Of a stretch of DNA of 64,000 nucleotides, positions 46,201 to 60,100 are shown one piece after another. Below the pieces are notes generated by a model, which did not search any database, was not told the origin of the DNA, and saw only the letters and a list, made by a program, of their open reading frames with translations. A program made the position numbers and the translations under genes. How positions within the stretch are numbered: position 1 is the first letter of the stretch; every line of letters begins with the position of its first letter. This stretch comes from Eledone cirrhosa (Eukaryota): NCBI GenBank assembly GCA_964016885.1, contig OZ024743.1:130262001-130326000 (forward strand), in the 5' to 3' direction.

Positions 46201-48640
46201 CCAAACACCAAGCACCAAGCACCAAACACCAAACACCAAGCACCAAGCACCAGAGACCAAGCACCAAGCACCAAGGACCAAACACCAAACACCAAACACC
46301 AGGCACAAAGCACCAAACACCAAGCACCAAGCACCAAACACCAAAGACCAAGCACAAAGCACCAAAGAGCAAAAACAAAGCACCAAGCACCAAACACCAA
46401 ACACCAAACACCAAACAGTAAACACCAAACACCAAATAGCAAACACCAAAGGGCAAACTCCAAACACCAAACAGCAAACACAAAACACCAAACAGCAAAC
46501 AACAAACAGCAAACAGCAAACAGCAAACAGCAAACACCAAACACCAAGCACCAAGCACCAAGCACCAAACACCAACACCAAGCACCAAGCACCAAACACC
46601 AAGCACCAAGCACCAAACACCAAACACCAAGCTCCAAGCACCAAAAACACAAAACACCAAATAGCAAACCCCAAGCACCAAACACCAAGCACAAAACACC
46701 AAGCACCAAGCACCAAACACCAAACATCAAACAGCAATCACCAAACATCAAACAGCAAACAACAAACACCAAACACCAAACATCAAACACCAAACAGCAA
46801 ACAACAAACAACAAACGCCAAACATCAAACGCCAAACACCAAACGCCAAATAGCAAACACCAAACCGCAAACACCAAACACCAAACAGCAAACACCAAAC
46901 ACCAAACAGCGAACTCCAAACAGCAAACACCAAACAGCAAACAGCAAACACCAAACACCAAACACCAAACACCAAGCACCAAACTCCAAACACCAAGCAC
47001 CAAGCACCAAGCACAAAACACCAAGCACCAAGCGCTAAACATAAAACACTAAGCACCAAGCACCAAGCACCAAGCACCAAGCACCAAACACCAAACATCA
47101 AACACCAATCACCAAACATCAAACAGCAAACACCAAACACCAAACACCAAACATCAAACATCAAATAGCAAACAACAAACAACAAACGCCAAACATCAAA
47201 CGCCAAACACAAACACCAAATAGCAAACACCAAACCGCAAACACCAAACACCAAACAGCAAACACCAAACACCAAACAGCGAACACCAAACAGCAAACAC
47301 CAAACAGCAAACACCAAACACCAAGCACCAAACACCAAACACCAAGCACGAAGCACCAAGCACAAAACACCAAGCACCAAGCACCAAACACCAAGCACCA
47401 AACACCAAACACCAAGCACCAAGCGCCAAACACCAAGCACCAAGCACCAAGCACGAAACACCAAGCACCAATCACCAAACACCAAACACCAAGCACCAAA
47501 CACGAAACAGCAAACACCAATCACCAAACACCAAACACCAAATAGCAAACACCAATCTCCAAACACCAAACACCAAACACCAAACAGTAAACAACAAACA
47601 CCAAACAGCAAACACCAAACACCAAACACCAAACAGCAAACACCAAACACCAAACACCAAACAGCAAACACCAAACAAACAGCAAACAGCAAACACCAAA
47701 CAGCAAACACCAAACACCAAACACCAAATAGCAAACACCAAACAGCAAACACCAAACAGCAGACACCAAACAGCAAACACCAGACAGCAAACAGCAAACA
47801 CCAAACACCAAACACCAAGCACCAAGCACCAAACACCAAGCACCAAGCAACAAGCACCAATCACCAAGCACCAAGCACTAAACACCAAACACCAAGCATC
47901 AAGCACCAAGCACCAAACAGCAAGCACCAAGCACCATGCACCAAACGCCAAGCACCAAGCACCAAACACCAAGCACCAAGCACCAAGCACCAAAGACCAA
48001 GCACCAAATACCAAGCACCAAGCACCAAACACCAATCACCAAGCACCAAGCACCTAACACCAAGAACCAAGCACCAATCACTAAACACCAAACACCAAGC
48101 ACCAAGCACCAAACACCAAACACCAAGCACCAAGTACCAAACACCAAACCCCAAACACCAAGCACCAAGCACCAAATCCCAAGCACCAAACACCAAGCAC
48201 CAAGCACCAAACACCAAACACCAAGCACGAAGCACCAAGCATCAAATACCAAACACCAAACACCAAGCACCACACATCAAACACCAAGCACGAAGCACCA
48301 ATCGCCAAGCACCAAGCACCAAGCAATAAACACAAAGCACCAAGCACCAAGCACCAAGCACCAAGCACCAAGCACCAAACACCAAGCACCAAGCACCCAA
48401 CACCAAACACCAATCACCAAGCACCAAAGAGCAAACACGAAGCCCCAAGCACCAAACACCCAACACCAAACACCAAACATCAAACACCAATCACGAATCA
48501 CAAAACACCAAACACCAAACATCAAACACCAATCACGAATCACCAAGCACCAAACACCAAACACCAAGCACCAAGCACCAAGCACCAAACACCAAACACC
48601 AAGCACCAAGCACTAAACACCAAACACCAAGCACCAAGCA
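42310..48640 (+). repeat. Tandem duplication, period about 3175 bp
   Basis: Paired landmarks 42608/45783, 42921/46096, 43573/46748 and 43860/47035. The private variant AAAAACACAAAA occurs at 43468/46643. Confidence 0.92.
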
Positions 48641-51500
48641 CCAAGCACCAAACACCAAGCACCAAGCACCAAGCACCAAACACCAAGCACCAAGCACCAA
48701 ACACCAAACACCAAGCACCAAACACCAAGCACCAAACAGCAAGCACCAAGCACCAAGCACCAGACACCAAGCACCAAGCACCAAACACCAAACACCAAGC
48801 ACCAAGCACTAAACACCAAACACCAAGCACCAAGCACCAAGCACCAAGCACCAAGCACCAAACACCAAGCACCAAGCACCAAGCACCAAGCACCAAGCAC
48901 CAAGCACCAAGCACCAAACACCAAGCACCAAGCACCAAGCACCAAGCACCAAGCACCAAACACCAAGCACCAAGCACCAAACAGCAAACACCAAGCACCA
49001 AGCACCAAACACCAAACACCAAACACCAAGCACCAAGCCCCAAGCACCAAACACCAAGCACCAAGCACCAAACACCAAGCACGAAGCACCAAGCACCATG
49101 CACCAAACACCAAGCACCAAGCACCAAACAGCAAACACCAAACATCAAACACCAAACAGCAAACAACAAACAACAAACGCCAAACATCAAACGCCAAACA
49201 CCAAACGCCAAATAGCAAACACCAAACCGCAAACACCAAACACCAAACAGCAAACACCAAACACCAAACAGCGAACTCCAAACAGCAAACACCAAACAGC
49301 AAACAGCAAACACCAAACACCAAACACCAAACACCAAGCACCAAACTCCAAACACCAAGCACCAAGCACCAAGCACAAAACACCAAGCACCAAGCGCTAA
49401 ACATAAAACACTAAGCACCAAGCACCAAGCACCAAGCACCAAACACCAAACATCAAACACCAATCACCAAACATCAAACAGCAAACACCAAACACCAAAC
49501 ACCAAACATCAAACATCAAATAGCAAACAACAAACAACAAACGCCAAACATCAAACGCCAAACACAAACACCAAATAGCAAACACCAAACCGCAAACACC
49601 AAACACCAAACAGCAAACACCAAACACCAAACAGCGAACACCAAACAGCAAACACCAAACAGCAAACACCAAACACCAAGCACCAAACACCAAACACCAA
49701 GCACGAAGCACCAAGCACAAAACACCAAGCACCAAGCACCAAACACCAAGCACCAAACACCAAACACCAAGCACCAAGCGCCAAACACCAAGCACCAAGC
49801 ACCAAGCACGAAACACCAAGCACCAATCACCAAACACCAAACACCAAGCACCAAACACGAAACAGCAAACACCAATCACCAAACACCAAACACCAAATAG
49901 CAAACACCAATCTCCAAACACCAAACACCAAACACCAAACAGTAAACAACAAACACCAAACAGCAAACACCAAACACCAAACACCAAACAGCAAACACCA
50001 AACACCAAACACCAAACAGCAAACACCAAACAAACAGCAAACAGCAAACACCAAACAGCAAACACCAAACACCAAACACCAAATAGCAAACACCAAACAG
50101 CAAACACCAAACAGCAGACACCAAACAGCAAACACCAGACAGCAAACAGCAAACACCAAACACCAAACACCAAGCACCAAGCACCAAACACCAAGCACCA
50201 AGCAACAAGCACCAATCACCAAGCACCAAGCACTAAACACCAAACACCAAGCATCAAGCACCAAGCACCAAACAGCAAGCACCAAGCACCATGCACCAAA
50301 CGCCAAGCACCAAGCACCAAACACCAAGCACCAAGCACCAAGCACCAAAGACCAAGCACCAAATACCAAGCACCAAGCACCAAACACCAATCACCAAGCA
50401 CCAAGCACCTAACACCAAGAACCAAGCACCAATCACTAAACACCAAACACCAAGCACCAAGCACCAAACACCAAACACCAAGCACCAAGTACCAAACACC
50501 AAACCCCAAACACCAAGCACCAAGCACCAAATCCCAAGCACCAAACACCAAGCACCAAGCACCAAACACCAAACACCAAGCACGAAGCACCAAGCATCAA
50601 ATACCAAACACCAAACACCAAGCACCACACATCAAACACCAAGCACGAAGCACCAATCGCCAAGCACCAAGCACCAAGCAATAAACACAAAGCACCAAGC
50701 ACCAAGCACCAAGCACCAAGCACCAAGCACCAAACACCAAGCACCAAGCACCCAACACCAAACACCAATCACCAAGCACCAAAGAGCAAACACGAAGCCC
50801 CAAGCACCAAACACCCAACACCAAACACCAAACATCAAACACCAATCACGAATCACAAAACACCAAACACCAAACATCAAACACCAATCACGAATCACCA
50901 AGCACCAAACACCAAACACCAAGCACCAAGCACCAAGCACCAAACACCAAACACCAAGCACCAAGCACTAAACACCAAACACCAAGCACCAAGCACCAAG
51001 CACCAAACACCAAGCACCAAGCACCAAGCACCAAACACCAAGCACCAAGCACCAAACACCAAACACCAAGCACCAAACACCAAGCACCAAACAGCAAGCA
51101 CCAAGCACCAAGCACCAGACACCAAGCACCAAGCACCAAACACCAAACACCAAGCACCAAGCACTAAACACCAAACACCAAGCACCAAGCACCAAGCACC
51201 AAGCACCAAGCACCAAACACCAAGCACCAAGCACCAAGCACCAAGCACCAAGCACCAAGCACCAAGCACCAAACACCAAGCACCAAGCACCAAGCACCAA
51301 GCACCAAGCACCAAACACCAAGCACCAAGCACCAAACAGCAAACACCAAGCACCAAGCACCAAACACCAAACACCAAACACCAAGCACCAAGCCCCAAGC
51401 ACCAAACACCAAGCACCAAGCACCAAACACCAAGCACGAAGCACCAAGCACCATGCACCAAACACCAAGCACCAAGCACCAAACAGCAAACACCAAACAG
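46780..51500 (+). repeat. Near-identical tandem duplication, period 2355 bp (2362 at its left end)
   Basis: Paired landmarks 47161/49516, 47936/50291, 48242/50597 and 48533/50888. Both copies carry the private variants CACCTAACACC, CAGCAGACACC and CACGAAACAGC. Confidence 0.94.
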
Positions 51501-52449
51501 CAAACACCAAACACCAAACACCAACCAGCAAACACCAAACACCAAACACCAAACACCAAACACCAAACAGCAAACACCAAACAGCAAACACCAAACACCA
51601 AACACCAAACAGCAAATGCCAAAAAGCAAACGCCAAACCCCAAACGCCAAACAGCAAATGCCAAACCCCAAACGCCAAACAGCAAACGCCAAGCGCCAAA
51701 CGCCAAACACCAAGTGTCAAGCACCAAACACCAAACACCAAGCACCAAGCACCAAGCACCAAACACCAAACACCAAGCACCAAGTACCAAACACCAAACA
51801 CCAAGCACCAAACACCAAACAGCAAACGCCAAAAAGCAAACGCCAAACCCCATACGCCAAACAGCAAATGCCAAACCCCAAACGCCAAACAGCAAACGCC
51901 AAGCACCAAACACCAAACACCAAGCGCCAAGCACCAAACACCAAACACCAAGCACCAAGCACCAAACACCAAACACCAAGCACCAATCACCAAACACCAA
52001 GCACCAAGCGCCAAGCACCAAACACCAAACACCTAGCACCAAGCACCAAGCACCAAACACCAAGTACCAAACACCAATCACCAAGCCCCAAGCACCAAAC
52101 ACCAAGCGCCAAGCACCAAACACCAAACACCAAGCACCAAGCACCCAGAACCAAGCACCAAGCACCAAACACCAAGCACCAAGCACCGAGCACCAAACAC
52201 CAAGAACCAAGCACCAAGCTCTAAACACCAAACACCAAACACCAAGCACCAAACACCAAACACCAAACACCAAACACCAAACAGCAAATGCCAAAAAGCA
52301 AACGCCAAACCCCAAACGCCAAACAGTAAATGCCAAACCCCAAACGCCAAACAGCAAACGCCAAGCGCCAAACGCCAAACACCAAGCGCCAAGCACCAAA
52401 CACCAAACACCAAGCACCAAGCACCAAACACCAAACACCAAGCACCAAG

Positions 52450-54190
52450 TACCAAACACCAAACACCAAGCACCAAACACCAAACAGCAAACGCCAAAAA
52501 GCAAACGCCAAACCCCATACGCCAAACAGCAAATGCCAAACCCCAAACGCCAAACAGCAAACGCCAAGCACCGAACACCAAACACCAAGCGCCAAGCACC
52601 AAACACCAAACACCAAGCACCAAGCACCAAACACCAAACACCAAGCACCAATCACCAAACACCAAGCACCAAGCGCCAAGCACCAAACACCAAACACCTA
52701 GCACCAAGCACCAAGCACCAAACACCAAGTACCAAACACCAATCACCAAGCCCCAAGCACCAAACACCAAGCACCAAGCACCAAACACCAAACACCAAGC
52801 ACCAAGCACCCAGAACCAAGCACCAAGCACCAAACACCAAGCACCAAGCACCGAGCACCAAACACCAAGAACCAAGCACCAAGCACTAAACACCAAACAC
52901 CAAGCACCAAGCACCAAACACCAAACACCAAGCACCAAACACCAAACAGCAAACGCCAAAAAGCAAACGCCAAACCCCATACGCCAAACAGCAAATGCCA
53001 AACCCCAAACGCCAAACAGCAAACGCCAAGCACCAAACACCAAACACCAAGCGCCAAGCACCAAACACCAAACACCAAGCACCAAGCACCAAACACCAAA
53101 CACCAAGCACCAATCACCAAACACCAAGCACCAAGCGCCAAGCACCAAACACCAAACACCTAGCACCAAGCACCAAGCACCAAACACCAAGTACCAAACA
53201 CCAATCACCAAGCCCCAAGCACCAAACACCAAGCGCCAAGCACCAAACACCAAACACCAAGCACCAAGCACCCAGAACCAAGCACCAAGCACCAAACACC
53301 AAGCACCAAGCACCGAGCACCAAACACCAAGAACCAAGCACCAAGCTCTAAACACCAAACACCAAACACCAAGCACCAAACACCAAACACCAAACACCAA
53401 ACACCAAACAGCAAATGCCAAAAAGCAAACGCCAAACCCCATACGCCAAACAGCAAATGCCAAACCCCAAACGCCAAACAGCAAACGCCAAGCACCGAAC
53501 ACCAAACACCAAGCGCCAAGCACCAAACACCAAACACCAAGCACCAAGCACCAAACACCAAACACCAAGCACCAATCACCAAACACCAAGCACCAAGCGC
53601 CAAGCACCAAACACCAAACACCTAGCACCAAGCACCAAGCACCAAACACCAAGTACCAAACACCAATCACCAAGCCCCAAGCACCAAACACCAAGCACCA
53701 AGCACCAAACACCAAACACCAAGCACCAAGCACCCAGAACCAAGCACCAAGCACCAAACACCAAGCACCAAGCACCGAGCACCAAACACCAAGAACCAAG
53801 CACCAAGCACTAAACACCAAACACCAAGCACCAAGCACCAAACACCAAACACCAAGCACCAAACACCAAACAGCAAACGCCAAAAAGCAAACGCCAAACC
53901 CCATATGCCAAACAGCAAATGCCAAACTCCAAACGCCAAACAGCAAACGCCAGGCACCAAACACCAAACACCAAGCGCCAAGCACCAAACACCAAACACC
54001 AAGCACCAAGCACCAAACACCAAACACCAAGCACCAATCACCAAACACCAAGCACCAAGCGCCAAGCACCATACACCAAACACCTAGCACCAAGCACCAA
54101 GCACCAAACACCAAGCACCAAACACCAATCACCAAGCCCCAAGCACCAAACATCAAGCACCAAGCACCAAACACCAAACACCAAGCACCA
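52450..54190 (+). repeat. About four tandem copies of a 462-bp (66-heptamer) unit with alternating subtypes
   Basis: Equivalent ORF ends at 52652, 53114, 53576 and 54038 are spaced exactly 462 bp apart. Confidence 0.92.
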
Positions 54191-57100
54191 AGCACCAAGG
54201 ACCAAGCACCAAACACCAAGCACCAAGCACCGAGCACCAAACACCAAGAACCAAGCACCAAGCACTAAACACCAAACACCAAGCACCAAGCACCAAACAC
54301 CAAACACCAAGCACCAAGTACAAAACTCCAAACACCAAACACCAAGCACCAAGCACCAAATCCCAAGCACCAAACACCAAGCACCAATCACCAAACACCA
54401 AACACCAAGCACCAAGCACCAAACTCCAAAAACCAAGCACCAAGCACCAAGCACCAAACACCAAACGCCAAACACCAAACACCAAGTACCAAGCACCAAA
54501 CACCAAGCACCAAGCGCCAAAGACCAAACACCAAGCACCAAGCACGAAACACCAAGCACCAAGCACCGAGCACCAAACACCAAGTACCAAGCACCAATCA
54601 CCAAACACCAAGCACCAAGCACCAAACACCAAACACCAAGCACCAAGCACCAAGCATCAAGCACCAAGCACCAAACACCAACCACCAAGCACCAAACACC
54701 AAACACAAAACAACAAGTACCAAGCACCAAACACCAAACACCAAACACCAAACACCAAGCACCAAGCACAAGACACCAAGCACCAAGCACCAAGCACGAA
54801 GCACCAAAAACCAAGCACCAAGCTCCAAGCACCAAACACCAAGCACCAAACACCAAACACCAAGCACCAAGCACCAAACACCAAGCACCAAGCGCCAAAC
54901 ACCAAACACCAAGCACCAAGCACCAAACACCAAGCACCAACCACCAAGCACCAAACACCAAGCACCAAGCACCAAGCACCAAGCACCAAGCACCAAACAC
55001 CAAGCACCAAGCACCAAACAGCAAACACCAAGCACCAAACACCAAACACCAAGCACCAAGCAACAAACACCAAACACCAAGCACCAAACACCAAGCACCA
55101 AGCCCCAAGCACGAAACACCAAGCACCAAGCACGAAACACCAAGCACCAAGCACCAAGCACCATGCACCAAACACCAAGCACCAAGCACCAAACAGCAAA
55201 CACCAAACAGCAAACACCAAACAGCAAACACCAAACAGCAAACACCAAACAGCAAACGCCAAACTCGAAACGCCAAACAGCAAATGCCAAACCCAAACGC
55301 CAAACAGCAAACGCCAAGCACAAAACACCAAACACCAAGCGCCAAGCACCAAACACCAAACACCAAGCACCAAGCACCAAACACCAAACACCAAGCACCA
55401 AGTACCAAACACCAAACACCAAGCACCAAACACCAAACAACAAACGCAAAAAAGCAAACGCCAAACCCCATACGCCAAACAGCAAATGCCAAACCCCAAA
55501 TGCCAAACGGCAAACGCCAAGCACCAAACACCAAACACCAAGTGCCAAGCACCAAACACCAAACACCAAGCACCAAGCACCAAACACCAAACACCAAGCA
55601 CCAATCACCAAACACCAAACACCAAGCGCCAAACACCAAACACCAAACACCTATCACCAAGCACCAAGCACCAAACACCAAGCACCAAACACCAAGCACC
55701 AAGCACCAAGCACCAAGCACCAAACACCAATCACCAAGCCCCAAGCACCAAACACCAAGCACCCAGCACCAAACACCAAACACCAAGCACCAAGCACCCA
55801 GAACAAAGCACCAAGCACCAAACACCAAACACCAAGCTCCAAGCACCAAACACCAAACACCAAGCACCAAGCACCAAGCACCAAACACCAAACACCAAGC
55901 ACCAATCACCAAACACCAAGCACCAAGCGCCAAACACCAAACACCAAACACCTAGCACCAAGCACCAAGCACCGAACACCAAGCACCAAGCACCAAGCAC
56001 CAAGCACCAAACACCAATCACCAAGCCCCAAGCACCAAACACCAAGCACCAAGCACCAAGCACCAAGCACCAAACACCATACACCAAACAGCAAACGCCA
56101 AAAAGCAAACGCCAAACCCCATACGCCAAACAGCAAATGCCAAACCCCAAACGCCAAACAGCAAACGCCAAGCACCAAACACCAAACACCAAGCGCCAAG
56201 CACCAAACACCAAACACCAAGCACCAAGCACCAAACACCAAACACCAAGCACCAATCACCAAACACCAAGCACCAAGCGCCAAGCACCAGACACCAAGCA
56301 CCAAGCACCAAACACCAAACACCAAGCACCAAGCACTAAACACCAAACACCAAGCACCAAGCACCAAGCACCAAGCACCAAGCACCAAACACCAAGCACC
56401 AAGCACCAAGCACCAAGCACCAAGCACCAAACACCAAGCACCAAGCACCAAACAGCAAACACCAAGCACCAAACACCAAACACCAAGCACCAAGCACCAA
56501 ACACCAAACACCAAACACCAAGCACCAAGCCCCAAGCACCAAACACCAAGCACCAAGCACCAAACACCAAGCACGAAGCACCAAGCACCATGCACCAAAC
56601 ACCAAGCACCAAGCACCAAACAGCAAACACCAAACAGCAAACACCAAACACCAACCAGCAAACACCAAACACCAAACACCAAACAGCAAACACCAAACAG
56701 CAAACACCAAACAGCAAACACCAAACACCAAACACCAAACAGCAAACGCCAAAAAGCAAACGCCAAACCCCATACGCCAAACAGCAAATGCCAAACCCCA
56801 AACGCCAAACAGCAAATGCCAAGCACCGAACACCAAACACCAAGCGCCAAGCACCAAACACCAAACACCAAGCACCAAGCACCAAACACCAAACACCAAG
56901 CACCAAGCACCAAACACCAAACACCAAGCACCAATCACCAAACACCAAACACCAAGCGCCAAACACCAAACACCAAACACCTATCACCAAGCACCAAGCA
57001 CCAAACACCAAGCACCAAACACCAAGCACCAAGCACCAAGCACCAAGCACCAAACACCAATCACCAAGCCCCAAGCACCAAACACCAAGCACCCAGCACC

Positions 57101-60100
57101 AAACACCAAACACCAAGCACCAAGCACCCAGAACAAAGCACCAAGCACCAAACACCAAACACCAAGCTCCAAGCACCAAACACCAAACACCAAGCACCAA
57201 GCACCAAGCACCAAACACCAAACACCAAGCACCAATCACCAAACACCAAGCACCAAGCGCCAAACACCAAACACCAAACACCTAGCACCAAGCACCAAGC
57301 ACCGAACACCAAGCACCAAGCACCAAGCACCAAGCACCAAGCACCAAACACCAATCACCAAGCCCCAAGAACCAAACACCAAGCACCAAGCACCAAACAC
57401 CAAACACCAAGCACCAAGCACCAAACACCAAACACCAAGCACCAAGCACCAAGCACCAAGCACCAAACACCATACACCAAACAGCAAACGCCAAAAAGCA
57501 AACGCCAAACCCCATACGCCAAACAGCAAATGCCAAATCCCAAACGCCAAACAGCAAACGCCAAGCACCAAACACCAAACACCAAGCGCCAAGCACCAAA
57601 CACCAAACACCAAGCACCAAGCACCAAACACCAAACACCAAGCACCAATCACCAAACACCAAGCACCAAGCGCCAAGCACCAGACACCAAGCACCAAGCA
57701 CCAAACACCAAACACCAAGCACCAAGCACTAAACACCAAACACCAAGCACCAAGCACCAAGCACCAAGCACCAAGCACCAAACACCAAGCACCAAGCACC
57801 AAGCACCAAGCACCAAGCACCAAACACCAAGCACCAAGCACCAAACAGCAAACACCAAGCACCAAACACCAAACACCAAGCACCAAGCACCAAACACCAA
57901 ACACCAAACACCAAGCACCAAGCCCCAAGCACCAAACACCAAGCACCAAGCACCAAACACCAAGCACGAAGCACCAAGCACCATGCACCAAACACCAAGC
58001 ACCAAGCACCAAACAGCAAACACCAAACAGCAAACACCAAACACCAAACACCAACCAGCAAACACCAAACACCAAACACCAAACAGCAAACACCAAACAG
58101 CAAACACCAAACAGCAAACACCAAACACCAAACACCAAACAGCAAACGCCAAAAAGCAAACGCCAAACCCCATACGCCAAACAGCAAATGCCAAACCCCA
58201 AACGCCAAACAGCAAACGCCAAGCACCGAACACCAAACACCAAGCGCCAAGCACCAAACACCAAACACCAAGCACCAAGCACCAAACACCAAACACCAAG
58301 CACCAAGCACCAAACACCAAACACCAAGCACCAATCACCAAACACCAAACACCAAGCGCCAAACACCAAACACCAAACACTTATCACCAAGCACCAAGCA
58401 CCAAACACCAAGCACCAAACACCAAGCACCAAGCACCAAGCACCAAGCACCAAACACCAATCACCAAGCCCCAAGCACCAAACACCAAGCACCCAGCACC
58501 AAACACCAAACACCAAGCACCAAGCACCCAGAACAAAGCACCAAGCACCAAACACCAAACACCAAGCTCCAAGCACCAAACACCAAACACCAAGCACCAA
58601 GCACCAAGCACCAAACACCAAACACCAAGCACCAATCACCAAACACCAAGCACCAAGCGCCAAACACCAAACACCAAACACCTAGCACCAAGCACCAAGC
58701 ACCGAACACCAAGCACCAAACACCAAGCACCAAGCACCAAGCACCAAACACCAATCACCAAGCCCCAAGCACCAAACACCAAGCACCAAGCACCAAACAC
58801 CAAACACCAAGCACCAAGCACCAAACACCAAACACCAAGCACCAAGCACCAAGCACCAAGCAACAAACACCATACACCAAACAGCAAACGCCAAAAAGCA
58901 AACGCCAAACCCCATACGCCAAACAGCAAATGCCAAACCCCAAACGCCAAACAGCAAACGCCAAGCACCAAACACCAAACACCAAGCGCCAAGCACCAAA
59001 CACCAAACACCAAGCACCAAGCACCAAACACCAAACACCAAGCACCAATCACCAAACACCAAGCACCAAGCGCCAAGCACCAGACACCAAGCACCAAGCA
59101 CCAAACACCAAACACCAAGCACCAAGCACTAAACACCAAACACCAAGCACCAAGCACCAAGCACCAAGCACCAAGCACCAAACACCAAGCACCAAGCACC
59201 AAGCACCAAGCACCAAGCACCAAACACCAAGCACCAAGCACCAAACAGCAAACACCAAGCACCAAACACAAAACACCAAGCACCAAGCACCAAACACCAA
59301 ACACCAAACACCAAGCACCAAGCCCCAAGCACCAAACACCAAGCACCAAGCACCAAACACCAAGCACGAAGCACCAAGCACCATGCACCAAACACCAAGC
59401 ACCAAGCACCAAACAGCAAACACCAAACAGCAAACACCAAACACCAAACACCAACCAGCAAACACCAAACACCAAACATCAAACAGCAAACACCAAACAG
59501 CAAACACCAAACAGCAAACACCAAACACCAAACACCAAACAGCAAACGCCAAAAAGCAAACGCCAAACCCCATACGCCAAACAGCAAATGCCAAACCCCA
59601 AACGCCAAACAGCAAACGCCAAGCACCGAATACCAAACACCAAGCGCCAAGCACCAAACACCAAACACCAAGCACCAAGCACCAAACACCAAACACCAAG
59701 CACCAATCACCAAACACCAAGCACCAAGCGCCAAGCACCAAACACCAAACACCTAGCACCAAGCACCAAGTACCAAACACCAAGTACCAAACACCAATCA
59801 CCAAGCCCCAAGCACCAAACACCAAGCACCAACCAAGCACCAAACACCAAACCTCAAGCACCAAGCACCCAGAACCAAGCACCAAGCACCAAACACCAAG
59901 CACCAAGCACCGAGCACCAAACACCAAGAACCAAGCACCAAGCACTAAACACCAAACACCAAGCACCAAGCACCAAACACCAAACACCAAGCACCAAACA
60001 CCAAACAGCAAACGCCAAAAAGCAAACGCCAAACCCCATATGCCAAACAGCAAATGCCAAACTCCAAACGCCAAACAGCAAACGCCAGGCACCAAACACC

